Below, piece by piece: positions 25,640-35,052 of a stretch of 37,901 nt of DNA. The notes below the pieces were generated by a model that saw only the letters and a list, made by a program, of their open reading frames with translations, was not told the DNA's origin and did not search any database. The DNA comes from Pseudomonadota bacterium (GTDB lineage: Bacteria > Pseudomonadota > Alphaproteobacteria > Caulobacterales > Hyphomonadaceae), in contig JBCCZH010000001.1 of the NCBI GenBank assembly GCA_039188075.1, forward strand, positions 1-37,901, in the 5' to 3' direction. The position numbers and the translations under genes are program-made. Each line of letters begins with the position of its first letter. Position 1 is the stretch's first letter.

Positions 25640-27637
25640 TTATTCGAATTCCAGCATGATTTCATCCGCCGCCACGCTGTCGCCAGCACCGACATTGATC
25701 GCTTTCACAGTCCCGTCAGCCTCAGCGCGGATAATATTCTGCATTTTCATCGCCTCAACGATGCAGACCGCTTCGCCTTCCTGAACCTCTTGACCAATCT
25801 CGACATCGATCGACACGACCAGGCCTGGCATGGGTGAAATGATCAGCTTGGAGAGGTCCGGTTTTTCCTTCTCCGGCAGGCGTTTGTGCATTTCAGCGAC
25901 GGCGGGCGTACAGACCAGTGCATCCAGGCGGACGCCGCGATGGCGGACCAGATAGCCTTCGGTTCGGTCGGCAATCTTCACCGCCATGGGCTGTCCATCC
26001 AAGACAGCTTCAAACAGCGGCTGACCCGGCACCCAGTCGGTCACCAGGCTATGCGCCGTGCCATCAATCGTGATCGTCGCTTCGCCATCGCCGAGATCCA
26101 GCGTCACCGGGATATAGTCACCGCCCAGGATGACCACCCATTCTCGCCTGATCTCTTCGATCGGTGACATCCGGCCGGTAATCTGACTGGCGCGTTGGAC
26201 ATAGACGCCATGCGCATAAGCCGCAGCGGCCGTCAGCATCACGGTTTGCGCCGCCGTCGGCGCCGTGCCTTGAAACCCGTCGGGGAATTCGTCCTTGATA
26301 TAGGCTGTCGTGATATTTCCAGAGCGGAAGCGCGCTTCGTCCATCACCGCAGCACAGAACGGCATATTGTCCTGAATGCCTTCAATATGGAATCGGTCGA
26401 GCGCTTCAGCCTGCACATCCAGCGCCTCATCGCGGTCTTTGCCATGGGTCACCAGTTTGGCAATCATCGGATCATAGAACATCGAGATCTCATCACCTTC
26501 GCGAACGCCGCTATCCATGCGCACCGTTCCGCCTGCCAGATCACCTTCCAGCGGCGGGATGAAGCGTTTCAGACGCCCGATAGAGGGCAGGAAGTTGCGA
26601 TACGGGTCTTCCGCATAGACTCGGCTTTCAATCGCCCAGCCATTGATCTTCAACTTGTCCTGCTCCAGCGCCAGCTTTTCGCCATAGGCCGAGCGCAACA
26701 TCTGCTCGACCAGATCAACGCCGGTGATCATTTCGGTCACGGGATGCTCGACTTGCAGACGCGTGTTCATTTCCAGGAAGTAGAAGCTCTTATCCTTACC
26801 AGAGGCGACGAATTCGACGGTCCCGGCGCTGTCATAATTGACTGCCTGGGCCAGTGCGACGGCCTGTTCGCCCATTTTCTTGCGCGTCGCTTCGTCCAGC
26901 AACGGCGAAGGCGCTTCTTCCAGGACTTTCTGATTGCGGCGCTGGATCGAGCATTCGCGTTCAAACAGATAGACGCAATTGCCATGCTTATCGCCCATGA
27001 CCTGGATTTCGACATGGCGTGGTTCGAGAATGAACTTCTCAATGAAAATACGATCATCGCCGAAAGACGCCGTCGCTTCTGCATTGACGGCCGGATAGCC
27101 CTCTTCGGCATCCTTGTCGTCATAAGCGATCCGAATGCCTTTGCCGCCGCCGCCAGCGGACGCCTTGATCATTACAGGATAGCCGATCTCACGACTGATC
27201 TTGACCGCTTCCTCGGTGCTTTCGATCAGACCCATATGGCCAGGCACGGTCGACACGCCAGCATCCGCGGCGAGTTTTTTGGAACTGATTTTATCACCCA
27301 TCGCCTCAATCGCGTGCGGATTGGGGCCGATAAAGATGATCTTCTCTTTTTCGAGGCGTTTGGCGAATTCAGGATTCTCGGACAGGAATCCGAAGCCCGG
27401 ATGCACAGCCTCCGCGCCGGTCTGCTTCACGGCATCAACGATCTTGTCCATGACCAGATACGATTCAGCCGCAGGTGACGGGCCGATATGCACGGTTTCA
27501 TCGGCCATCTCGACCGCCATCGAACCGGCATCTGCATCTGAATAGACAACCACCGTCTTCACCCCGAGTCGCCGGCAGGTCTTGATCACACGAACAGCGA
27601 TCTCGCCGCGATTGGCAATCAGGATTTTCTTGAACAT
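25640..27637 (-). CDS. pccA: Acyl-CoA (probably propionyl-CoA) carboxylase alpha subunit
   Basis: KILIANRGEIA, GGGGKG, RECSIQRR, EMNTRLQVEH, C-terminal EAMKM biotin site. Confidence 0.9.
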   Translation of the reverse strand: MFKKILIANRGEIAVRVIKTCRRLGVKTVVVYSDADAGSMAVEMADETVHIGPSPAAESYLVMDKIVDAVKQTGAEAVHPGFGFLSENPEFAKRLEKEKIIFIGPNPHAIEAMGDKISSKKLAADAGVSTVPGHMGLIESTEEAVKISREIGYPVMIKASAGGGGKGIRIAYDDKDAEEGYPAVNAEATASFGDDRIFIEKFILEPRHVEIQVMGDKHGNCVYLFERECSIQRRNQKVLEEAPSPLLDEATRKKMGEQAVALAQAVNYDSAGTVEFVASGKDKSFYFLEMNTRLQVEHPVTEMITGVDLVEQMLRSAYGEKLALEQDKLKINGWAIESRVYAEDPYRNFLPSIGRLKRFIPPLEGDLAGGTVRMDSGVREGDEISMFYDPMIAKLVTHGKDRDEALDVQAEALDRFHIEGIQDNMPFCAAVMDEARFRSGNITTAYIKDEFPDGFQGTAPTAAQTVMLTAAAAYAHGVYVQRASQITGRMSPIEEIRREWVVILGGDYIPVTLDLGDGEATITIDGTAHSLVTDWVPGQPLFEAVLDGQPMAVKIADRTEGYLVRHRGVRLDALVCTPAVAEMHKRLPEKEKPDLSKLIISPMPGLVVSIDVEIGQEVQEGEAVCIVEAMKMQNIIRAEADGTVKAINVGAGDSVAADEIMLEFE

Positions 27638-27749
27638 TTACAGGCCCCGTGCGTGTTTTCTATTGATCCGTTGCCGGACTTAGATTGTGCACGCGCGAAT
27701 GTCGAGGTTGCCGCTTGGTCAAACCTTCAATTTGTCCGGACGAAGGCAC

Positions 27750-28697
27750 TCACACCGCGACGGCGAGACCTTGTGCGAAGCCGGGTGCTTCTTGTTTCAG
27801 AAACTCGATGAGCGCGGTTTCGGCCGGTGAAACCTTGCCATCTGACTTGATGCCAGCGAGCAACCACTCGTTTTCAATCTCGGTGACCTGTTCGGCTTCA
27901 CGATCTGCCGCTTCAGCCGCTGTCTGGCGGGCCCGCGCGGCCCTTCGACCATTATGCGTGATCATTTCGAACCAGTTGCCGGACGAGAATGACGCGCCCA
28001 TGCGCGAGAAGAATCCACCCGTGCTGCTCGACGTATCCTGCAGCCAGCTCTCACGGGCCAGCGCCCCTTCAACGGTTTGCGGGGCTGGATGCGCCCGCGC
28101 CATCAAGTGATTGCCAACCGCCCGAGCGAACAGATCATTCCAGGTCGGGGCATTGTCGGCCTCAGCAATGGCATCATTGGTCTTGAACAAAAGACCGGCC
28201 TCAAACTGGCTGACCCAGAGCCCGCCATGACCGGCGCCAGCATAGAGCGCATATCGCATCCGCTCGACCATGTTCAGACTGGCAATTCCGTCAGCAATGA
28301 TCCGGTCGCTCACAGCCTGAACTGTAAAGCGTGCCAGCTTTTCCGGCGCGCCATCGGCTTTGCGGAGCAATTCAATCAACAGGTCGAGCTCATCAAGACT
28401 CGGCGTATGGGCATCATTTTGCACCTGCGCGATCAACCAGTCGGCTTCGCCATCGGTGATCCAGCCTTCAGGCGGTTCACGGGTCAGCAAATAGTCTTTC
28501 ATCGCTTCCTGAAAGCGACTGATCCAGGCCGGATCCATGGCACTCAGCATATCATTCAAGCGGAACAGGGATTCAGCTTCAGCACGGCTGACAATGCCAT
28601 CCTTGTAGATCTCATTGACGATCCGATGGGCCTCGGACTCGGAGATCTCTCCAAGTTTGGCGACGCGCGCCATCAGAACTTTAGTTTCCTGGTTCAT
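27750..28697 (-). CDS. Hypothetical protein with repeated DG-x-[VI]-[ST]-xx-E helical motifs
   Basis: DGIVSRAEA, EGWITDGEA, GLWVSQFEA, DGKVSPAET. Confidence 0.75.
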   Translation of the reverse strand: MNQETKVLMARVAKLGEISESEAHRIVNEIYKDGIVSRAEAESLFRLNDMLSAMDPAWISRFQEAMKDYLLTREPPEGWITDGEADWLIAQVQNDAHTPSLDELDLLIELLRKADGAPEKLARFTVQAVSDRIIADGIASLNMVERMRYALYAGAGHGGLWVSQFEAGLLFKTNDAIAEADNAPTWNDLFARAVGNHLMARAHPAPQTVEGALARESWLQDTSSSTGGFFSRMGASFSSGNWFEMITHNGRRAARARQTAAEAADREAEQVTEIENEWLLAGIKSDGKVSPAETALIEFLKQEAPGFAQGLAVAV

Positions 28698-28753
28698 ACA
28701 AACCTCACCATGGTGCAGGCCTGCAACCTCTCAGAAAGCTATTGCTAATCGGT

Positions 28754-29173
28754 TTACGCCGTGACGGGCTCGATATCGAGAAAACGCGTGAACAAATGCA
28801 GCAATTCCCGCGGCATATCCTTAGGTAGTAGACCGTCAATAGGATCATCACGCCGGATCACCATTGTATGTCCGCGCGGGTCGTCGACCCGGAAATAGTT
28901 CATCGCCCAGTCCGGAAAGGCGCGACCTGCAATGCTCTCGCCGATGATTTGCACAACGCCGTAATGGCGCGGGTCAGCAAGGATTTTGCTATATATTTCA
29001 AGCACCTCTTCGCGCTCGCCTTCCAGCGCCTGCATGAAATGCCGGCCATTATGGGCCAGAAATCCAGTTATCAAGCGCTCATGATTGTTCGATTGAGACA
29101 CGTTGAGAATGTCTCCAATCTGATCCGGACTAATTCCGTCCTTAGCAGTACTTACATAGACCAATCGATACAT
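28754..29173 (-). CDS. Stand-alone BLUF blue-light sensor
   Basis: LVYVS, N...ITGFL, FMQALEG, DPRH, F.DWAM. Confidence 0.93.
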   Translation of the reverse strand: MYRLVYVSTAKDGISPDQIGDILNVSQSNNHERLITGFLAHNGRHFMQALEGEREEVLEIYSKILADPRHYGVVQIIGESIAGRAFPDWAMNYFRVDDPRGHTMVIRRDDPIDGLLPKDMPRELLHLFTRFLDIEPVTA

Positions 29174-29354
29174 CACAAACTCCGAAGTTCAGCCTTAGAA
29201 CAGCGATGTCGCAGTGCAACATGATACAAGTCCGACGTGTCCTGACGTTGTTAACAAAGCCGCGAGGCGGGTACGCAACTCGAGTCTGGAAGTTTCTGAC
29301 AATCGCTGGCATAGAGGGAAACTGTCAAAATCGCCGATGGAAAGCTGAATTCAC

Positions 29355-30176
29355 ATGACTGAAGCCGAACTCATGACACCCATGCGCACGGGCGAAATCC
29401 GCATTCACGATGAAGCGGGTTTCGAGGGGATGCGCAAAGCTGGCAAGCTCGTTGCGGAATGCCTGGACATGCTGGTCGGGGAAGTCCAGCCGGGCGTCAC
29501 GACGGGCCATATTGATGATTTGATCCGCCAGTTCGTTTTTGATCACGGGGCGCAATCCGCGACAATTGGCTATCGCGGCTATCGCCATGCGTCCTGCATC
29601 TCGCTCAACCATGTCATTTGCCACGGGATTCCAGGCGATCGCGCCTTCAAGAATGGTGATATCGCCAATATTGATGTCACCGTCATTGTCGATGGCTGGC
29701 ATGGCGACCATTCACGCATGTATGCGGCGGGTGAACCGAAGCGAATTGCCAGTCGATTGATGGATGTCACCTATGAAGCCCTGATGGCCGGCATTGCCGC
29801 GGTAAAGCCCGGGCAGCGATTTGGGGATATTGGCGCCGCCATTTCCGAAATCGCACGCAAGAACCGGTTTTCAGTGGTCGAGGACTTTTGCGGTCACGGC
29901 CTGGGCCAACTCTTCCATGATGAACCGAATGTTGTGCACAGTGCCCGCGCCGGAACCGGGCCCGTGCTTGAAGAAGGCATGTTTTTCACAATCGAACCGA
30001 TGCTGAATGTCGGGCGCAAGGATGCAGCGATCTTGAGCGATGGCTGGACCGCGGTGACGCGTGACCGCAAATTGTCCGCCCAGTTTGAGCATTCGGTCGG
30101 CGTGACCAAGGACGGGTGCGAGATCTTCACCGCCTCGCCCAAAGGGTATCACACCCCCCACACGGTGAGCCATTGA
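29355..30176 (+). CDS. map: Methionine aminopeptidase type I
   Basis: ICHGIP, NIDVT..GWHGD, GHGLG..FH, FTIEPM, SAQFEH. Confidence 0.97.
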   Translation: MTEAELMTPMRTGEIRIHDEAGFEGMRKAGKLVAECLDMLVGEVQPGVTTGHIDDLIRQFVFDHGAQSATIGYRGYRHASCISLNHVICHGIPGDRAFKNGDIANIDVTVIVDGWHGDHSRMYAAGEPKRIASRLMDVTYEALMAGIAAVKPGQRFGDIGAAISEIARKNRFSVVEDFCGHGLGQLFHDEPNVVHSARAGTGPVLEEGMFFTIEPMLNVGRKDAAILSDGWTAVTRDRKLSAQFEHSVGVTKDGCEIFTASPKGYHTPHTVSH

Positions 30177-30862
30177 ACGCAAAACCTGCCAAACCACACT
30201 GGCAGGGACACCGAGACCGCTTGCGCGGTAAGCTGATCCAGCGTGGCGCCAGCGCCCTCGACGATTATGAGTTGCTGGAAACCCTCCTGTTTGCGTTCAT
30301 TCCCCGCCGCGACGTGAAACCGATCGCCAAGGCGCTGCTTCGTCGGTTCGGGTCCTTATCCGGCATCTTGGCGGCAAAGGCGAACGACCTGCAGGAACTG
30401 GACGGCATTGGCCAAGCCGCGGCAGCCTATTTATTGGCGACCCAGGAAATCGGCACTCGCGCCACACGCGAAACCATCGAAACGCGGTCGATTATTTCCA
30501 GCTGGACCACCCTGCTCGCTTATGTACGCAGACAATTGCAACACGAGACACGCGAACAGTTTCGGGTCTTGTTCCTGGATCGCAAGAACCAGCTGATTGC
30601 CGATGAAATGATGGGCCAGGGCACGGTTGACCACGCCCCGGTCTATCCCCGCGAAATCGCCCGGCGAGCCTTGGAACTATCCTGTTCTGCGATCATTCTG
30701 GTGCACAATCATCCGTCCGGCGATCCGACCCCCTCACAATCGGATATTGATATTACCCGCGAGATCATCGATGCGCTGACTCCCCTGGATATCAAGGTGC
30801 ATGATCACCTGATCGCCGCCAAACAGGGCGTCTCCAGCTTCAAGTCGAGTGGATTGATCTGA
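30173..30862 (+). CDS. radC: RadC/JAB domain protein
   Basis: GHRDRLR, VYPREI, HNHPSGDPTPSQSD, HDH; TTG start overlapping the map stop is inferred. Confidence 0.93.
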   Translation: MNAKPAKPHWQGHRDRLRGKLIQRGASALDDYELLETLLFAFIPRRDVKPIAKALLRRFGSLSGILAAKANDLQELDGIGQAAAAYLLATQEIGTRATRETIETRSIISSWTTLLAYVRRQLQHETREQFRVLFLDRKNQLIADEMMGQGTVDHAPVYPREIARRALELSCSAIILVHNHPSGDPTPSQSDIDITREIIDALTPLDIKVHDHLIAAKQGVSSFKSSGLI

Positions 30863-30994
30863 CTCGCGAATGCCCCTGTCAAAATAGTGATAAACACGCT
30901 GTCGCGGGGAAAAGACTTGCGCAGTCTGGCGGGGGGACTACCGTACTGGAAACAGATACATGCGCCATTCAAGGCGTAGCTTGGGAGGCTTTGA

Positions 30995-32470
30995 ATGAGC
31001 GACACCGCAACCGCGGCGGCGGACGGACATGTTACGGGTTATGGCTCCAAGGGGTATCGCACTTATGTGCTGCTCATGCTCATGGTGGTCTACACTCTGA
31101 ACTTTATCGACCGAAACCTGATCGGGGTGCTGGCCGAGCCAATCATTCAGACCTTCAATCTCAGCGATACCCAATTCGGCCTGCTGGCCAGCTGGCCGTT
31201 TGCGATCTTCTACGCGGTCATGGGCCTGCCGATCGCGATGGCAGCCGACCGGTTCAATCGGGTCAATATCATCGTGATCTGTATTGTGCTCTGGTCCGTG
31301 ATGACCGCTTTGTGCGGCATCGCCGCGGGCTTCATCACATTGATGCTGTTCCGGATCGGGGTGGCCGTCGGTGAAGCCGGATGTACACCGCCAGCCAACT
31401 CGATCATTGGCGATTACTATCCCGCCCAGCACCGCGCAACGGCGCTGGGGATCTATTCCATGGGGGTCACGCTGGGCGGTGTTTTGGCCTATTTGTTTGG
31501 TGGCCCGCTGGCAGAATTGAGCGGACCGACCTTCGGCGCCTGGCTGAGCAGTATTGGCGTTGGCGGCCTGTTCTCGGGCATTGACTGGCAAAATGTTGAA
31601 GGCTGGCGGATCGCCTTCGTTGTCATCGGTCTGCCCGGCGTATTGATCGGCGCCTTGCTGTGGCTCACTGTCCGGGAACCCCCGCGCGGTTACTCTGACC
31701 CGCCAAATGCCGGAACGGTCGAAAAAGCCTCAACCAAGGAAACCTGGCAGGAATTGATGTCCAAGCCGAGCTTCTGGTGGATGTCTGCCGGCGCCGCTCT
31801 GGTCGCCTTTGTCGGCTATGGGCTGTTCACCTTCCAAATCCCTTTCCTGATCCGGGAGCATGGACTGGGCGTTCGTGAGGCCTCGATCAATTTCGGCGCG
31901 CCTTTGTCCGCCGTCGCGGCGCTTGGGACATTTCTGGGCGGTTATCTGACGGATCGGTTCTCGCATCGGTTCAAAACGGCGGTGGCCATCATTCCGGCGA
32001 TTGGCCTGCTTCTGGCGGTCCCGCTCTACATCTTCGCCTTCTATGCTTCGAGCCTGACCGTCGTCTTCGTCGTCTGGGCGCTCGCCGCGATCTGCCACTA
32101 CGCTTATCTCGGCGCACAGTACAATATCGGACAGGGCGTTGTGTCAGCGCGATCCCGCGCCACGGCGATCGCCATTCTGCTGATTATTGTCTCGATCATC
32201 GGCAACGGAATTGGCCCACAATTTGTCGGCATCATGAGTGACGTCTTCACCGGCGCCAATCTCAGTGGCGATGGCCTGAGTGCGTCAATCTGTGCCGCCG
32301 CTGATGGCCTGACACCAGAGCAACTCGCGCTCTGTGCAGAGGGACGCTCTGCCGGTCTGAAACAGTCCATTTCGGTGACCACACTCTGGTTCCTGGTCGC
32401 GGCCTTCTGTTTCTACATGTCATCCCGACACCTTGAAAACGATATGGTCGCCAAAGTGGAGACGGCGTAA
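30995..32470 (+). CDS. MFS transporter (spinster-like)
   Basis: NFIDR, ADRFNR, RIGVAVGEAG, EPPRG; multiple TM helices. Confidence 0.92.
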   Translation: MSDTATAAADGHVTGYGSKGYRTYVLLMLMVVYTLNFIDRNLIGVLAEPIIQTFNLSDTQFGLLASWPFAIFYAVMGLPIAMAADRFNRVNIIVICIVLWSVMTALCGIAAGFITLMLFRIGVAVGEAGCTPPANSIIGDYYPAQHRATALGIYSMGVTLGGVLAYLFGGPLAELSGPTFGAWLSSIGVGGLFSGIDWQNVEGWRIAFVVIGLPGVLIGALLWLTVREPPRGYSDPPNAGTVEKASTKETWQELMSKPSFWWMSAGAALVAFVGYGLFTFQIPFLIREHGLGVREASINFGAPLSAVAALGTFLGGYLTDRFSHRFKTAVAIIPAIGLLLAVPLYIFAFYASSLTVVFVVWALAAICHYAYLGAQYNIGQGVVSARSRATAIAILLIIVSIIGNGIGPQFVGIMSDVFTGANLSGDGLSASICAAADGLTPEQLALCAEGRSAGLKQSISVTTLWFLVAAFCFYMSSRHLENDMVAKVETA

Positions 32471-33987
32471 TGACGGATATTGCGACCGAAACAGGTGACA
32501 GCGCCGCACAGACCGTCGAGGGCTATGGCAGCGCCGGGTATCGCGCTTATGTCCTGTTCGCTCTGATCGTTGTTTACACGTTCAACTTCATCGATCGGAC
32601 CCTGATTGGCGTCCTCGGTGAACAGATTCGCGAGACGTTCGGCCTATCGGATTTCATGATCGGCATTCTGTCAGGGCTTGCCTTTGCTGTGCTCTACACT
32701 CTGCTCGGCATTCCGTTTGCGATGCTCGCCGAGCGGAAGAACAGAACCTCGATCATTGCGATTGCCATGGCGGCCTGGAGTGCCATGACCGTGGCGTGCG
32801 GCATGGCCCAGAATACGATGCAATTCGCACTTGCACGGATCGGTGTCGGTATCGGGGAAGCCGGTTGCTCGCCGCCATCCCACTCCCTGATCTCGGACTA
32901 TTTCCCGCCTGAGAAACGATCGTCCGCTTTGGGCATCTTTGCCCTTGGCATACCGATCGGCTCCATGCTGGCCGCGCTTGGCGGCGCTTACATAGCGACA
33001 CGCGGCGGGCTCGACTGGCGCGATGCGTTTATCTGGATGGGCCTGCCAGGTATTCTTGGCGCTCTATTGTTCAAAATGACCGTCAAGGAGCCACCGCGCG
33101 GATTCTCCGATCCCGGCGGCGCCGCTGCGGCGGCTGCCCGGCAAATGCCATCGCCGTTCAAAGTGTTTGGCGTCGTGTTCCGGAAACCGACTTTCTGGCA
33201 TGTCAGCATGGGCGGTGCGATGGCCTCTTTTGCCGGCTATGGCATCGGCCAGTTCATTGCGCCATTCTGGATGCGGGCGCATGGCCTGGATCTCATGAAC
33301 GCTGCCTTGATCTATGGCGGTGTCCTCGGCGTCGCGGCAGGGATTGGCACATTCGGGTCTGGCGTCGTCGCGGACCGTGTGCGCAGCCGCCACCCAAACT
33401 CGGACAGCTGGCTCCCGGCACTTGGCATGTCTCTATGTGTCCCACTGATGATTTTCGGTTACAACACGGTTGGCTTTTCATCCGGGGCAACCGCGATCTG
33501 GCTCGCCATCCCTGTGCTCGTGATCGCGGCGATCCTGCGCTACTCCTATCTCGCGCCGATGTTTGCCGTGACGCAGAAACTTGTCGAGCCGCGCATGCGG
33601 GCCACCGCGGCTGCACTGCTGCTCTTCGTTGTCAATATCATTGGCTATGGCCTCGGCCCGCCAGCGGTTGGCTGGATTTCCGACCAAGGCACGAAGTATC
33701 AGCTGGCGCAATTGGACTCGCCCGTCACAGCCGGTGAGTGCGGGGGCGTGGAACGTGCTCTGCTCGCCGCCCGCAAGGGCCGCGACGGCGCCCTTACAGG
33801 CGCGGCTCTGGAAGACGCGATGGCCACCAACGAGACCTATTGCAAGCCCGCCCGGGCGATTGGCAACCGCGTCGGCGTGTCTGTCGGTTCGCTCTTCCTG
33901 CTCTGGGCAGCGCTGCATTTCTTCCTGATGGGCCGCACCATGCAACGTGACCTGTGGACGCCGGACGAGACGCCCGCTACAGCCTAG
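32470..33987 (+). CDS. MFS transporter (spinster-like), tandem paralog
   Basis: NFIDR, RIGVGIGEAG, EPPRG; TAATG coupling to the upstream gene. Confidence 0.92.
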   Translation: MTDIATETGDSAAQTVEGYGSAGYRAYVLFALIVVYTFNFIDRTLIGVLGEQIRETFGLSDFMIGILSGLAFAVLYTLLGIPFAMLAERKNRTSIIAIAMAAWSAMTVACGMAQNTMQFALARIGVGIGEAGCSPPSHSLISDYFPPEKRSSALGIFALGIPIGSMLAALGGAYIATRGGLDWRDAFIWMGLPGILGALLFKMTVKEPPRGFSDPGGAAAAAARQMPSPFKVFGVVFRKPTFWHVSMGGAMASFAGYGIGQFIAPFWMRAHGLDLMNAALIYGGVLGVAAGIGTFGSGVVADRVRSRHPNSDSWLPALGMSLCVPLMIFGYNTVGFSSGATAIWLAIPVLVIAAILRYSYLAPMFAVTQKLVEPRMRATAAALLLFVVNIIGYGLGPPAVGWISDQGTKYQLAQLDSPVTAGECGGVERALLAARKGRDGALTGAALEDAMATNETYCKPARAIGNRVGVSVGSLFLLWAALHFFLMGRTMQRDLWTPDETPATA

Positions 33988-33990
33988 GCC

Positions 33991-34959
33991 ATGGCGGTCT
34001 ATACGAATGTTTCTGACGATGCGCTGGCAGCGTTCCTTGCCGAGTATGATCTCGGTGAGGCCGTTGCCTTTAAAGGCATTGCCGAAGGGGTCGAGAATTC
34101 AAACTATTATCTCGAAACCACAAACGGCCGGTTCATTCTCACCTTGTTCGAAAAGCGCGCCAATCCGGCGGATCTGCCCTATTTCATCGCCTTGAAACAA
34201 CACCTCGCCGCAAACGGATTTTCCTGTCCGCTTCCGGTGGCCGCGTCCGATGGACAAGCCTTGCGCAAATTGGTGGAACGTCCCGCTGTTATCATAACCT
34301 TCCTGCAAGGCCTCTCACCACGTGTGCCGAGTGCTGCACAATGCCGACAATTGGGCATGGGTCTCGCGCAACTGCATCAGGCCGCAGCGGATTTTGAACA
34401 GACCCGGAGAAATGATCTGGGCCCGGCCAGCTGGCCAGGCCTGTGGAACGGACGGGCGGCGAATGCGGACGCCTTGCAAACTGGCCTGGCCGACAAAATC
34501 GATCAGGATCTCGCGCAGATCAGGACCGCCGCCAACCTCAGTGACACGCTGCCTCGCGGCACCATTCATGCCGATCTGTTCCCGGACAATGCCTTCTTTC
34601 TCGGTGACAAGTTTACCGGCGCGATCGATTTCTACTTCGCCTGCACAGATGCGCTCGCCTATGACCTGGCAATCTGTGTGAATGCATGGGCGTTCGAAAC
34701 GGATGGCGCGTTCAACTTTTCCAAGGCGCGCAATCTGATTGCCGGCTATGAAAGTGTTCGCCCCTTGCAAGATGACGAGAAAGCCGCCTTCCCGACGCTG
34801 TGTCTCGGCGCAGCCATGCGGTTCTTTCTGACGCGGCTGGTCGACTGGACCGACACGCCGGCTGATGCCCTCGTCAAACCCAAGGACCCGCTCGAATATG
34901 CGGCCAGACTACGCTTTCATCGGACTGCAAAATCGATCGCCGATTATGGCGGCGAATAG
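33991..34959 (+). CDS. thrB: Homoserine kinase type II
   Basis: MAVYT, GIAEGVENSNY, IHADLFPDN, IDFYFAC, RFFLTRL. Confidence 0.96.
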   Translation: MAVYTNVSDDALAAFLAEYDLGEAVAFKGIAEGVENSNYYLETTNGRFILTLFEKRANPADLPYFIALKQHLAANGFSCPLPVAASDGQALRKLVERPAVIITFLQGLSPRVPSAAQCRQLGMGLAQLHQAAADFEQTRRNDLGPASWPGLWNGRAANADALQTGLADKIDQDLAQIRTAANLSDTLPRGTIHADLFPDNAFFLGDKFTGAIDFYFACTDALAYDLAICVNAWAFETDGAFNFSKARNLIAGYESVRPLQDDEKAAFPTLCLGAAMRFFLTRLVDWTDTPADALVKPKDPLEYAARLRFHRTAKSIADYGGE

Positions 34960-35052
34960 CTGTCCCTAAGTCACCAATAGACAGCGCGTATGTCTCAGCT
35001 AATCTCTGCTCGAAGACCCGTCCTTTAAGAGACGCGCTGGAGGAGATCAGCC

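Noticed and set aside
26195-27478. 427-aa + strand ORF
   Set aside because: Antisense shadow of the carboxylase gene, as expected in GC-rich coding DNA
30173-30862. radC as ICE cargo
   Set aside because: Full-length form coupled to map and located on the chromosomal side of the tRNA
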